Assembly (NCBI GenBank): GCA_015066715.1
Contig: SVNU01000001.1
Coordinates: 12,318-76,317 of the forward strand
Origin: Ruminococcus sp.
Lineage (GTDB): Bacteria; Bacillota; Clostridia; Oscillospirales; Ruminococcaceae
Direction: 5' to 3'
DNA: 64,000 nt
The position numbers and the translations under genes were made by a program. The notes under the pieces were generated by a model. That model was given only the letters and a program-made list of their open reading frames with translations. It was not told where the DNA came from and made no database searches. Of this stretch, positions 29,221 through 38,272 are shown piece by piece; position 1 is the first letter of the stretch; each line of letters begins with the position of its first letter.

Positions 29221-30003
29221 TTACGCTCTCAGAGAATACAATGCATTTTTCATCTCATCAAAGAGCTTTATCGTATAGTTATCTATAAAAGCCCCGATAG
29301 GCGCTGCAAGTATAAATAGCAGCACAATCGCAAGCAGAATTTTCAGCTGAAAATCTATAACAAAAATGTGAATCTGCGGGATAAGCTTCATAAGTATTCC
29401 CATTGAAACCTCAAGAATGAATTCCGCTGCAATAAACGGAAAGGCAAGCTTCATTGCAAGAGCAAAAACGCTTCCAAACAAATCTATTGCAAATGCTGCT
29501 GCCGAATCAAGTGCAAATCCTTCAAGTCCTATGGGCAGAATATCAAAGGATGATATTGCAACACTCATAAGCGTCAGATGACTATCTGTAACAAAGAAAT
29601 ATAGAACAAACAGTAAATGAAGGAGATGTGATGTTACTGCCGACTGTATATTTGTTGCCGGATCAAACATTTTAGCCATTGCAAAACCGAAGTTTGTATC
29701 AAGAATGTCACCGGCGGTCATTAGCATGTAATAGAAAATATTAAACACATATCCGAGCAGAAATCCAATTGCAATTTCCTTACCAAATCCAAGCAGAAAA
29801 TCAAAGGTTCCCGCTTCAAAGTCTGCCGGTATTTTTATTGCCGGAGTTATCAGCAAGGAAATACAAAGCACGAGTGCCATACGCACCATAGCAGGTATAT
29901 TAGCCTTTGATATAATAGGATTCATTAACAGAATTCCCGCAATCCTTGCAAATACCAGAACATAAACTTCAATATTTTCTACAATAAACTGTAATTCTTC
30001 CAA
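29221..30003 (-). CDS. fliR: Flagellar export protein FliR
   Basis: LVFARIAG, GFAMAKMFDP, KLIPQIHIF; gene order. Confidence 0.93.
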   Translation of the reverse strand: MEELQFIVENIEVYVLVFARIAGILLMNPIISKANIPAMVRMALVLCISLLITPAIKIPADFEAGTFDFLLGFGKEIAIGFLLGYVFNIFYYMLMTAGDILDTNFGFAMAKMFDPATNIQSAVTSHLLHLLFVLYFFVTDSHLTLMSVAISSFDILPIGLEGFALDSAAAFAIDLFGSVFALAMKLAFPFIAAEFILEVSMGILMKLIPQIHIFVIDFQLKILLAIVLLFILAAPIGAFIDNYTIKLFDEMKNALYSLRA

Positions 30004-30013
30004 AACGCTGACC

Positions 30014-30277
30014 TCATATTACTGAAATCATATCAAATATGCTGTTAAAGAATTCCGTAAAGACTGTAATCATCCACGAGCCGAGAACCAAAAGCATCAG
30101 CGAAAGAACCAAGACCTTCGGAACGAATGTCAGCGTCTGTTCATGAATCTGCGTTGCAGCCTGAAAAATTGCGATAACAAGACCTATAAGTATACTTACA
30201 ATCAGCATCGGACCGGCAATTTTAAATGCCACAATAAGCGCTGACTGAAAAATTTCCAGTACTTTACCCTGATCCAT
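30014..30277 (-). CDS. fliQ: Flagellar export protein FliQ
   Basis: IFQAATQIHEQTLTFVPK. Confidence 0.97.
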   Translation of the reverse strand: MDQGKVLEIFQSALIVAFKIAGPMLIVSILIGLVIAIFQAATQIHEQTLTFVPKVLVLSLMLLVLGSWMITVFTEFFNSIFDMISVI

Positions 30278-30291
30278 TTAAAACACCACCT

Positions 30292-31119
30292 TCATCGGAA
30301 TCCCATGATGAGCGATTCAAATAACAAGTTCCATCCGTCAACCAGCACGAAAAGCATAAGCTTAAATGGCATTGAAATAGTTGTCGGCGGAAGCATTACC
30401 ATACCCATCGACATAAGCGTACTTGAAACAACAAGATCTATAATCAGAAACGGTACATACAGCAGGAATCCAATAAGAAATGCTCTTTTAAGTTCACTTG
30501 TAATAAATGCAGGAACAATAACAAAAACACTTAAATCCGTAAGCTTTTCCTGATTGTCATATTGTGCTGCATCAACCATTCCACGGCTGTCCGCAAGACT
30601 TAAAAACAAGTCAAGATCCGTTTCATAAACCTGCTTTAGCATAAATGTTTTAAGAGGAACAGAAGTCTCTGTAATGGCTTCCTCAATTGTAAGCTCCCCT
30701 GCCTGATAGGGATCATAAGCTTCCTCTTTTATCTGGCTTAAATACGGAAACATTATAAATATCGAAAGAAACAAAGCGATTCCTACTAAAACCTGATTCG
30801 GAGGGGACGTCTGTGTTCCCAATGCATTTCTCAAAAAAGAAATTGAAACAACAATTCTAAGAAAGCTTGTCATCATTATTAAAAATGATGGAATGAGCGC
30901 TAAAATTGCAAGCAAAAACAGAATATCAAGCGTACTTGAATTTGCGTCGGCTTCACCGGAATCAACACCGACAGACAAGGTCGAACGTGCGTCAACAGTT
31001 GTCGCTGAGCCAATTATAAAACAGGATACAATAACCGCTGCAAGGCAGATTACAAAGCATATAACATATTTTAACAGTTTCTTTTTTGTTTCACTGTTAT
31101 TCCTTGCTGCTATCATCAT
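30292..31119 (-). CDS. fliP: Flagellar export protein FliP
   Basis: MTSFLRI, PPNQVL, PAFITSELK.AF.IGF, MSMGMVMLPP..PFKLMLFVLVDGW. Confidence 0.97.
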   Translation of the reverse strand: MMIAARNNSETKKKLLKYVICFVICLAAVIVSCFIIGSATTVDARSTLSVGVDSGEADANSSTLDILFLLAILALIPSFLIMMTSFLRIVVSISFLRNALGTQTSPPNQVLVGIALFLSIFIMFPYLSQIKEEAYDPYQAGELTIEEAITETSVPLKTFMLKQVYETDLDLFLSLADSRGMVDAAQYDNQEKLTDLSVFVIVPAFITSELKRAFLIGFLLYVPFLIIDLVVSSTLMSMGMVMLPPTTISMPFKLMLFVLVDGWNLLFESLIMGFR

Positions 31120-31504
31120 TGTTCTCCTTAGATTTTTTTAACTTCTTTCCGAATTTTTCTTCCAGCACAGTTTTAAAAGCTGTGGAAAATTCCATAGTCT
31201 GACTGCTGTTTTTTTCATCATTCAGATCAAGCATATCAGCATCAAGCTCACTGATAAGGCTGATCTCATTCTGAGTCATACCTACCAGCAGAGTTTTTCC
31301 GGCAGTCTGAATAATCATAATTGCTTTATTCTGACCAACTGAAATACTTTCCAGAATCTTAATATTTTTATTTCCAACGCCTCTCACAGAAAGACGTTTT
31401 CCCATTTTTTTTGTTGCAAAATAAGCAAGATACAGAATCAGTATAAATACGAGTATCGCCATAATTACCGAGCCTATATTGCCTATCAATGATTTAGCAT
31501 CCAC
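31097..31504 (-). CDS. fliO: Flagellar biosynthesis protein FliO/FliZ
   Basis: N-terminal TM, IKILESISVGQ..LLVGMT..ISLI; position before fliP. Confidence 0.85.
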   Translation of the reverse strand: MDAKSLIGNIGSVIMAILVFILILYLAYFATKKMGKRLSVRGVGNKNIKILESISVGQNKAIMIIQTAGKTLLVGMTQNEISLISELDADMLDLNDEKNSSQTMEFSTAFKTVLEEKFGKKLKKSKENNDDSSKE

Positions 31505-31518
31505 TTAAAAAACTCCGG

Positions 31519-32583
31519 TTAATTATTTTCTAAAAGATTTGCGTTTCCGACAATTTCAGTAATTCTTACACCAAAATTATCATCGATTACAACAACGTCG
31601 CCTCTTGCAATAAGCTGACCGTTAACAACAACGTCAACCGGCGCACCTGCCTGCTTTTCAAGGTCGATGATTGTACCCTGCGCAAACTCCATAATATCTC
31701 TCATTTTCTTTCTTGTCTTACCAATCTCAACAGTAACGTTAAGCGGTACATCCATAAGAAGGTCGATATTACCATTAAGAAGCGGTATTCCACCATTATT
31801 TGACCCGCCTGCAAATGAAGGAAAGCTTGCGCTCTGCACATTTATTCCGTTCTTTACTACAGTTGTAGGCTGACCGGCTTTTCTTGCAGCTGCAATTGCG
31901 CCGCCAAGATTTGACATGTTGTCATATCCGCTGTTTGAGTCATATTCACTGTATTCCTCACTGTAATCATCATCGTCAGCATTCATAATTCTTCCGATTG
32001 TGTTCACAAGAGCAGTTTCATTAAGCGAGATAACCATACTGCCACTGAGTATTTCAGAAATTTTGAATGCAGTTACAAGACTATATGCTTCATCTTCAAG
32101 TTCACAGTCAAGATACTGCGCAACTTCATCGCATTCATCTGAAATTTCTTCTGCATCCCCTGCCTGAATCTTCACATCAGCACCCATAAAGTTTGCAACA
32201 CTGTCTGCAAATGCAGAAGCCATCTGTCCTACAAGTTCCTTAAAAGTACCTATTGCAATTTCATCAAGTTCTTCCGAAGCACCTTCTGCATTTTCTTCAA
32301 CGCTCATAAGAACATTAAGAATTTCCTTTACATGTGCATTCTGAACAACAACAGCTGCCTTACCGCTTATTGCTCCCGTAATATTGAGTTCAACTGCCAG
32401 TCCCGGTTCATCACCGAATGACTCAAGACCCATAATCTTTTCCTGATTTAATTCCTGAGTATTCAGCTCAACATCATTATTAAGCAGCTTTGAAAGGATT
32501 TCAGCCGATGCATTCAGACCGATCTCCATGACTTCGTTGAAACTGTCTATCTGTTTTGTTCCAAAGCTTGTGTTATTCTCCAT
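31519..32583 (-). CDS. fliY: Flagellar switch protein FliY/FliN (CheC-like domain with degenerate phosphatase sites + FliN domain)
   Basis: C-terminal NIDLLMDVPLNVTVEIG..VVNGQLIARGDVVVIDDNFGVRIT; N-terminal CheC-like repeats with ExxN changed to EVME and ELVG. Confidence 0.88.
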   Translation of the reverse strand: MENNTSFGTKQIDSFNEVMEIGLNASAEILSKLLNNDVELNTQELNQEKIMGLESFGDEPGLAVELNITGAISGKAAVVVQNAHVKEILNVLMSVEENAEGASEELDEIAIGTFKELVGQMASAFADSVANFMGADVKIQAGDAEEISDECDEVAQYLDCELEDEAYSLVTAFKISEILSGSMVISLNETALVNTIGRIMNADDDDYSEEYSEYDSNSGYDNMSNLGGAIAAARKAGQPTTVVKNGINVQSASFPSFAGGSNNGGIPLLNGNIDLLMDVPLNVTVEIGKTRKKMRDIMEFAQGTIIDLEKQAGAPVDVVVNGQLIARGDVVVIDDNFGVRITEIVGNANLLENN

Positions 32584-32601
32584 TTTCTACTCCTTCTCAA
32601 A

Positions 32602-33624
32602 TCAGTAATTATAATAATCTTTAATATCAGCAGCTGATACTACATCACAAATTTTAACGGATTTTTTGATTTTTCTGTCACCAACTCTGACAGTAAATTT
32701 AGGCTCTCCCTCAACAGTAAGGATAATATTATCATCAATACGTGTATTAAGCGGAATTACATCTGAAACCTTCAGATTAATTATATCCTGCATGTCGATA
32801 TACAAATTATCAAGAACCGCTGTAAGCTCCATAGTTGAGCCTTTTAACGAATCTGTGAGATTTTCTCGTCTGAGTATTTCCTTATCGTTTTCATTTTTGC
32901 CGTTTGTCTTGGCGTGCTTTGTAAGCGCTTCCCTTAGTATCGAATCAAGATTGATTGATGGCAGGCAAAAGCTGAAAATATCTGTTATTTCACGCATTTT
33001 TATCTGAAATGACATAACAACAACCGAATCCTCAAGGGAAATAAACTGTGCAAGCCTCGGATTTGTTTCATAGCCTGTCAGCTCACACTTTACATCAGCA
33101 AGGTTTTTCCATGCCTCTGTAAGATACCTTGTAATTTTTGTGTAAAAATTTTCAAGTATAGCAATTTCAATATCAGTAAAGCCTCGGTCAAGAAGATAAT
33201 TTGTACCGTTTCCGCCGAGCAGAATATCTATGATAAAGAAATTGATTGTTGATGGGAAATGCGCTATCATTGTACATCGGTTATCGCCGGTTTTTTCATC
33301 ATTCATGTCAACCAGCCCGATGAGAGTTTTATCAGTAAGTGTATTCAGGTATTCAGAGTATCTGCACTCAACAATTTTAAGTTGAGTAACCTCACAAAAG
33401 ACACGCAGCAGACCTGAAAGATTTGATGCAAAAATTCTGATAATATGTTCATTAACAGTATTCAGACCTCTTAAATGCTCTTTTGTAAACTTTTTCGGCT
33501 TTTTAAAATCGTAATTTTTTACAATTACCTTTTCACTCCGAACAGTATTCTGCCGAAAATCATAACTTGAAACCTTACTCTTGCCTTTACCATTAGGCTT
33601 CGAGTTATCTTTTTTCTGCTTCAT
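32602..33624 (-). CDS. fliM: Flagellar switch protein FliM lacking the N-terminal CheY-P-binding peptide
   Basis: YDFKKPKKFTKEHLR, LLGG.G, FTDIE, ETNP, C-terminal SpoA domain; no LSQxEIDxLL. Confidence 0.92.
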   Translation of the reverse strand: MKQKKDNSKPNGKGKSKVSSYDFRQNTVRSEKVIVKNYDFKKPKKFTKEHLRGLNTVNEHIIRIFASNLSGLLRVFCEVTQLKIVECRYSEYLNTLTDKTLIGLVDMNDEKTGDNRCTMIAHFPSTINFFIIDILLGGNGTNYLLDRGFTDIEIAILENFYTKITRYLTEAWKNLADVKCELTGYETNPRLAQFISLEDSVVVMSFQIKMREITDIFSFCLPSINLDSILREALTKHAKTNGKNENDKEILRRENLTDSLKGSTMELTAVLDNLYIDMQDIINLKVSDVIPLNTRIDDNIILTVEGEPKFTVRVGDRKIKKSVKICDVVSAADIKDYYNY

Positions 33625-33651
33625 AACCTTTCTCCTGACTTTATAAACTGA

Positions 33652-34554
33652 TTAATTATTTGTTGCTATATCATGAATGTCGCCGGTATTCTGCTCAAAT
33701 GACGCTCCAAGAATTTTAAGCAGCTCACCGCTCTTTGCAAGATCGCTGTTTTTACCGATAATAACAATTTCAACACGTCTGTTCTGGCTCATTCCTTCTT
33801 CTGTATCATTAGGCGCAATCGGATAATCATTACCAAGACCTATCGGATACAGCTTTGTGGATTCAATGCCATGAACATTTTCCAGATGATTTGAAATGGT
33901 GCTGGCACGCTCCGATGAAAGAAGTCGTTCGTCAACAGCTGAACTCGGTGCATCGGCAGTATGACCCTTAATAATAACCATAGCTACATCATCGTCAACC
34001 TCAACAAGACACTCTCCAAGGAAATTGATTATTTCCTCGCTTCCTTCCTTCAGACTTGATTCATCAGGATTAAAGAGAACGTCATTTGAAAACTGTATGT
34101 AAATATTCTTGTCTGTTTTGCCGTTACCCAGAGCTATATCCTCAACAGCGCTTTCATCCGGATTCATATTACTTCCGGAGCCGGAAATTTCGCCCTGCAT
34201 TATTGATATACTGTCCTGCATATTGTTCTGCTCAATATAGTTCTTCATTGCCATAAACAGTATGTCCATATCATCACTTGCAGGCTGTGTATTGGCATCA
34301 CCAAGATTAAGACCTGAATTTGTATTATCAAGAGGTTCTTCACCTGAGCTCAAATCCGGATTAATAACAATCTGCTCCACCTGTTCTGTGCCAAACTGCT
34401 TATTAAACGCCTTTACAAGCTCCGCCCATTTATCTTCAGCAACCGATGCCATACTATAGAGCATAACAAAGAAAGTGAGAAGCAGCGTTACAAGGTCACC
34501 ATAGGTGTCCATCCAGCTTCCGCCGCCTTCTTCCTCCTGTTTTTTTCTACCCAA
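33652..34554 (-). CDS. motB: Flagellar stator subunit B (MotB/MotS-type)
   Basis: WMDTYGDLVTLLLTFFVMLY with the conserved Asp; OmpA-like domain (GHT, LS..RA, NRRVEI). Confidence 0.95.
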   Translation of the reverse strand: MGRKKQEEEGGGSWMDTYGDLVTLLLTFFVMLYSMASVAEDKWAELVKAFNKQFGTEQVEQIVINPDLSSGEEPLDNTNSGLNLGDANTQPASDDMDILFMAMKNYIEQNNMQDSISIMQGEISGSGSNMNPDESAVEDIALGNGKTDKNIYIQFSNDVLFNPDESSLKEGSEEIINFLGECLVEVDDDVAMVIIKGHTADAPSSAVDERLLSSERASTISNHLENVHGIESTKLYPIGLGNDYPIAPNDTEEGMSQNRRVEIVIIGKNSDLAKSGELLKILGASFEQNTGDIHDIATNN

Positions 34555-34575
34555 ATCGGTTCACTCCCTATTCAT

Positions 34576-35376
34576 TTATTTTTTAGAACTGTCTTTAAGT
34601 TCACCTTTAAGTGATGAAACAGGCAGTAAACGAGTAAGCTTTTCCTGAATAAAGTTCGGGTTGTCACCGTCCTGAATTGCCTGAACACCTTCAGCAATAA
34701 TCATCTTACAAAGATATTCTTCACTATGTCTTTCTTTAAGCTTTCTTGCAATAGGTTTACAAAAAAGGTTAGCAATAATAGTACCATAGAAGGTTGTAAT
34801 AAGAGCTACCGCCATACTTGAAGCAAGTGCTGCCTGGTCAGAAAGGTTTGCAAGAAGATTAATAAGACCAATAAGCGTACCTATCATACCGAATGCCGGA
34901 GCATATTCCGACATCTGAAGATAGAAAGCCTGATCCTGATTATGTCTGTCATCCATGTAGTCAAGTTCATTATTCAAAAGTGCCTTAACCTTTTCCGGTT
35001 CAACCGAGTCAACAACAAGTAAAAGTGAATTTTTAAGAAACTTGTCTTCAACCGCATTGAGCTTATCTTCCAGCGCCAGGAGACCATTTATTCTTGCTTC
35101 CTTTGCAAAATAAACAATCTGTTCTATGTAACTCTGCGGATTATACTTTTTTGGCATAAGAACAATTTTCAGATGCTTTGGAATTTTACCAAGGCTCTTG
35201 CCCGGAAATGAAATCATAGTAGCAGCAATAGTACCACCCAATACAATCATAATTGAAGGCAAATCATAAAACTGCGTAAGATTTCCCGGAGTAATTGAGA
35301 AATCATTTTCTAACATAATTGACAGGAGTACAAATCCTATTCCAAAGATATACCCCAGCAGCGACATTAAATCCAT
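34576..35376 (-). CDS. motA: Flagellar stator subunit A (MotA/MotP-type)
   Basis: IVLGGT, ARINGLLALE, APAFGMIGTLIGL, MAVALITTFYG. Confidence 0.96.
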   Translation of the reverse strand: MDLMSLLGYIFGIGFVLLSIMLENDFSITPGNLTQFYDLPSIMIVLGGTIAATMISFPGKSLGKIPKHLKIVLMPKKYNPQSYIEQIVYFAKEARINGLLALEDKLNAVEDKFLKNSLLLVVDSVEPEKVKALLNNELDYMDDRHNQDQAFYLQMSEYAPAFGMIGTLIGLINLLANLSDQAALASSMAVALITTFYGTIIANLFCKPIARKLKERHSEEYLCKMIIAEGVQAIQDGDNPNFIQEKLTRLLPVSSLKGELKDSSKK

Positions 35377-35409
35377 AATATACGTCCCTTTCTAATATGG
35401 CATTTTTAA

Positions 35410-35592
35410 TCAGGCATGAACGGCCTTTTCGTACTTTTTAATTTCCCGCAGAATAAAACTCAGCGGTTCTTTAACTATATAAGTGTTACCGTTTGAAAGC
35501 TTTATTGTTGTGTCAGGATTTTCCTGAATTGTTTCAATCAAACGATGGTTCAGGACAAATTCCTGATCGTTAAGCTTAGTTAAAATTATCAT
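35410..35592 (-). CDS. flbD: FlbD/SwrD family flagellar protein
   Basis: MIILTKLN..FVLN..LIE.I...PDTTI.L.NG..YIVKE. Confidence 0.92.
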   Translation of the reverse strand: MIILTKLNDQEFVLNHRLIETIQENPDTTIKLSNGNTYIVKEPLSFILREIKKYEKAVHA

Positions 35593-35637
35593 ACTTTTCT
35601 ATGCACCGATTCAGCGCAATATCTCCCTTATAATGTC

Positions 35638-35671
35638 AGGTAATACCGCACAAAACTGTGCGGTGTTACCC
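35638..35671 (-). other. Strong intra-operon stem-loop 3' of flgE without U-tract
   Basis: GGTAACACCGCACA-gttt-TGTGCGGTATTACC on the minus strand. Confidence 0.6.
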
Positions 35672-35685
35672 TAAATATTCATTAA

Positions 35686-37263
35686 TTATCTCTTGAGGTT
35701 AATAAGTTCTTCAAGCATTGTATCAGAAACTGTAATAAGTCTTGAACAAGCCTGGAAGCCTCTCTGTGTTGTAATCATATCTGCCATTTCCTGAGAAAGG
35801 TCAGTATTTGATGTTTCAAGAGTACCACCTAAGATGCTGCCTGTTCCCTCAGTACCTGCGATTGCAAGCTGTGGTTCACCGGAGTTGAGTGACACAGCAA
35901 AATATGTATTACCTGCCTGACTTAAACCTGCAGGGTTTGCAAATGTTGCAAGGTCAATTCGACCAACCTCAAGAAGCCCGAATGTATCATGTGTTGCTGT
36001 GATGATACCCTTGTCATTGATTGAAATACCTGTAAGGTCAGCAACTGTCTGTTCGCCGCCTTCTGTACCGCCTGCAAGGTTAAAATTACCCTGACCAAGA
36101 CCTAAATGTGATGAAGGTTCACTTGGTGTCATTGTTACAATACCTTCCATTTCGGAAACATTGTAAGCATTGATTGTGTTAAGGTTCGGATAAGTGATAA
36201 CGATAGAATCGTTTGCATCTGTTCCGCCCTTCTTGAGAACTACTGAACCAGCGCTTGCAAGCTGTTCTTCTGTAAGAGTTGCAACATAGTCATTGATTCT
36301 GATTGTAAGTGAGTTAGCCTCTGTAAGTGTAAGATCCATAGAACCTTCACCGCTTCCGCTGAAGCTGTCACCTACTGACTGAATTGTAAAGAACTGTGCC
36401 ATTTCTTCTGGAAGTTCAACTGTACCTGATTCAACACCAAAGTCAGCGTTTACAATTTCAGCACCTGTAAGTTCTTCAGCAAAAGCACTCGGGTCGCTCA
36501 TTGAAATTGTAAATACACCACCCGGATGCGGCATACCATCATTTGCAGCTCTGATAGCAGCATTGATTTCAGTGTTAAGGTCAGTAATGTTTGCAAATGT
36601 TTCATCAGCATTAAGAGTAACAACGATTGATGAGCTTGTAATTTCTGCCTGTGCCTTCTGACCGATAGGCATTTTAGTGCTTGAAGCAAAAACGATATTT
36701 ACATTACCGTTTTCAGTTTCTTCTGATGCATTAATTGTATATGCAATGTTGTTGATTGTATCTGAAACAGAAGCAACGCTTGCGTTTTCATAAGGAAGGC
36801 TTATCTTGATTCTGTCAGAACCGGCTGCCTGACCTGAAGGTTCACCTGAAACACCAAGTACGAAGTTACCGTTTACGTCAACTACATTACCCTCAGCGTC
36901 AATATCAAGCATACCTGCCTTTGTATAGAAGATGTTGCCGTCATTGTCCATAACCTGAAGATAACCTTCACCGGCAATAGCAACGTCAAGTGTGTAACCT
37001 GTTGTTGACATAACTGACTGTGAGTGATTTACGTCAACACTTCCGAGCTTTGAACCGTAACCGATTTCTGTCGGGTTAATACCACCGCTTGTTGCTGTAG
37101 CAGCAGTAGCTGATGTATTTGTCTGATAGTATACATCTCTGAAAGTAGCTCTTGAGCTCTTGTAACCATATGTACTAACGTTTGAAATATTATTACCTAC
37201 AACGTCCATCTTAGCCTGATGAGTAATCATACCTGCAACGCCTGAATATAAAGATCTTACCAT
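35686..37263 (-). CDS. flgE: Flagellar hook protein FlgE
   Basis: SLYSGVAGM..HQ.KMDVVGNNISNV.TYGYK, LETSNTDLS.EM..MI.TQRGFQA. Confidence 0.95.
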   Translation of the reverse strand: MVRSLYSGVAGMITHQAKMDVVGNNISNVSTYGYKSSRATFRDVYYQTNTSATAATATSGGINPTEIGYGSKLGSVDVNHSQSVMSTTGYTLDVAIAGEGYLQVMDNDGNIFYTKAGMLDIDAEGNVVDVNGNFVLGVSGEPSGQAAGSDRIKISLPYENASVASVSDTINNIAYTINASEETENGNVNIVFASSTKMPIGQKAQAEITSSSIVVTLNADETFANITDLNTEINAAIRAANDGMPHPGGVFTISMSDPSAFAEELTGAEIVNADFGVESGTVELPEEMAQFFTIQSVGDSFSGSGEGSMDLTLTEANSLTIRINDYVATLTEEQLASAGSVVLKKGGTDANDSIVITYPNLNTINAYNVSEMEGIVTMTPSEPSSHLGLGQGNFNLAGGTEGGEQTVADLTGISINDKGIITATHDTFGLLEVGRIDLATFANPAGLSQAGNTYFAVSLNSGEPQLAIAGTEGTGSILGGTLETSNTDLSQEMADMITTQRGFQACSRLITVSDTMLEELINLKR

Positions 37264-37350
37264 AATAATCCTCCTGAAATTTCCGAGGAACTGTGTGGCA
37301 TACCGTCAATCGGTCGGGCATGCCGAAAGCTTCCTTTAAAAGGTCCGGCC

Positions 37351-37740
37351 TTAAATAACAACAGTTCCGTCTATGTTTGTGAATACGTTTCCTGTCATTT
37401 CATCTTTGTTGACAGTTGTTATAACAGTGTTATTTTTAACACTTACAATAAAAGCCGCTTCATCAAGAAGAATAAGAGTATCATCAAGTCCCTTTTCTTC
37501 AGCAAGCTTTATTGCTTCATTCAGTCTTTCAAGGTTCTCACCGGATAAATCAATTTCACGCTCCATCACACGATTTATCGCATGCCTTGAAAAATTAACC
37601 CCTGTTGCAGTATCAATCCGTTCCTGAAGAATATCCTTAAAGCTTCTGCAGGAGGTTGAATCTGCTACGTCCTGAGGAGACCTGTGAGGAATACCCGTGG
37701 TAATAGGGGTCGATATTCGTTTAATATCAATATCATTCAT
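37351..37740 (-). CDS. Flagellar operon protein (TIGR02530-like)
   Basis: FSRHA..R...REI, A.EKG...TLILL...AFIVSVKNNTVIT, VFTNIDG.V; between flgD and flgE. Confidence 0.88.
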   Translation of the reverse strand: MNDIDIKRISTPITTGIPHRSPQDVADSTSCRSFKDILQERIDTATGVNFSRHAINRVMEREIDLSGENLERLNEAIKLAEEKGLDDTLILLDEAAFIVSVKNNTVITTVNKDEMTGNVFTNIDGTVVI

Positions 37741-37778
37741 ACTAACAGACTCCTTTCTATTAGTTTAGATTAAAATAA

Positions 37779-38267
37779 TCAAAGGTTTTCGGCTTCCGGC
37801 TTGTTATTACCTGAAGATGAAGAAGCGTCGTTAATCATAGTAACCTTATTATAATCATATGGTACACCATTTACATAAATCTTGTACTCGTCATCCTCAA
37901 TTGTGATTTTTTCAACCTTACCGGTTATTGAAGTAGTTTCACCGCCAATTTCATTTTTTGAAACTGTAACCTCACGGCCAAGCATACCCATAACATAGTT
38001 CTGCTTTGAATACTGACAAAGATCCATCATTTCCTGCATAGTTGAAAACTGCGCCATCTGTGCAAGATACTGAGTATCATCAACAGGATTCATAAAGTCC
38101 TGATTGGTAAGCTGATTTATCATCATGTTAAAAAAGTCATTAACAGACAAATCACTGTTACCATCGCCAAAAACAGCATTATAAGTTTTTCCGGTTGAAG
38201 CTGTTCCGTTTAAAATATCAAGATAATTTCTATCTGATGATGTTGGTGCTACTGGCATATAAACCAT
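37779..38267 (-). CDS. flgD: Flagellar hook capping protein
   Basis: DFFNMMINQLTNQDFMNPVDDTQYLAQMAQFS. Confidence 0.93.
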   Translation of the reverse strand: MVYMPVAPTSSDRNYLDILNGTASTGKTYNAVFGDGNSDLSVNDFFNMMINQLTNQDFMNPVDDTQYLAQMAQFSTMQEMMDLCQYSKQNYVMGMLGREVTVSKNEIGGETTSITGKVEKITIEDDEYKIYVNGVPYDYNKVTMINDASSSSGNNKPEAENL

Positions 38268-38272
38268 CCTTT

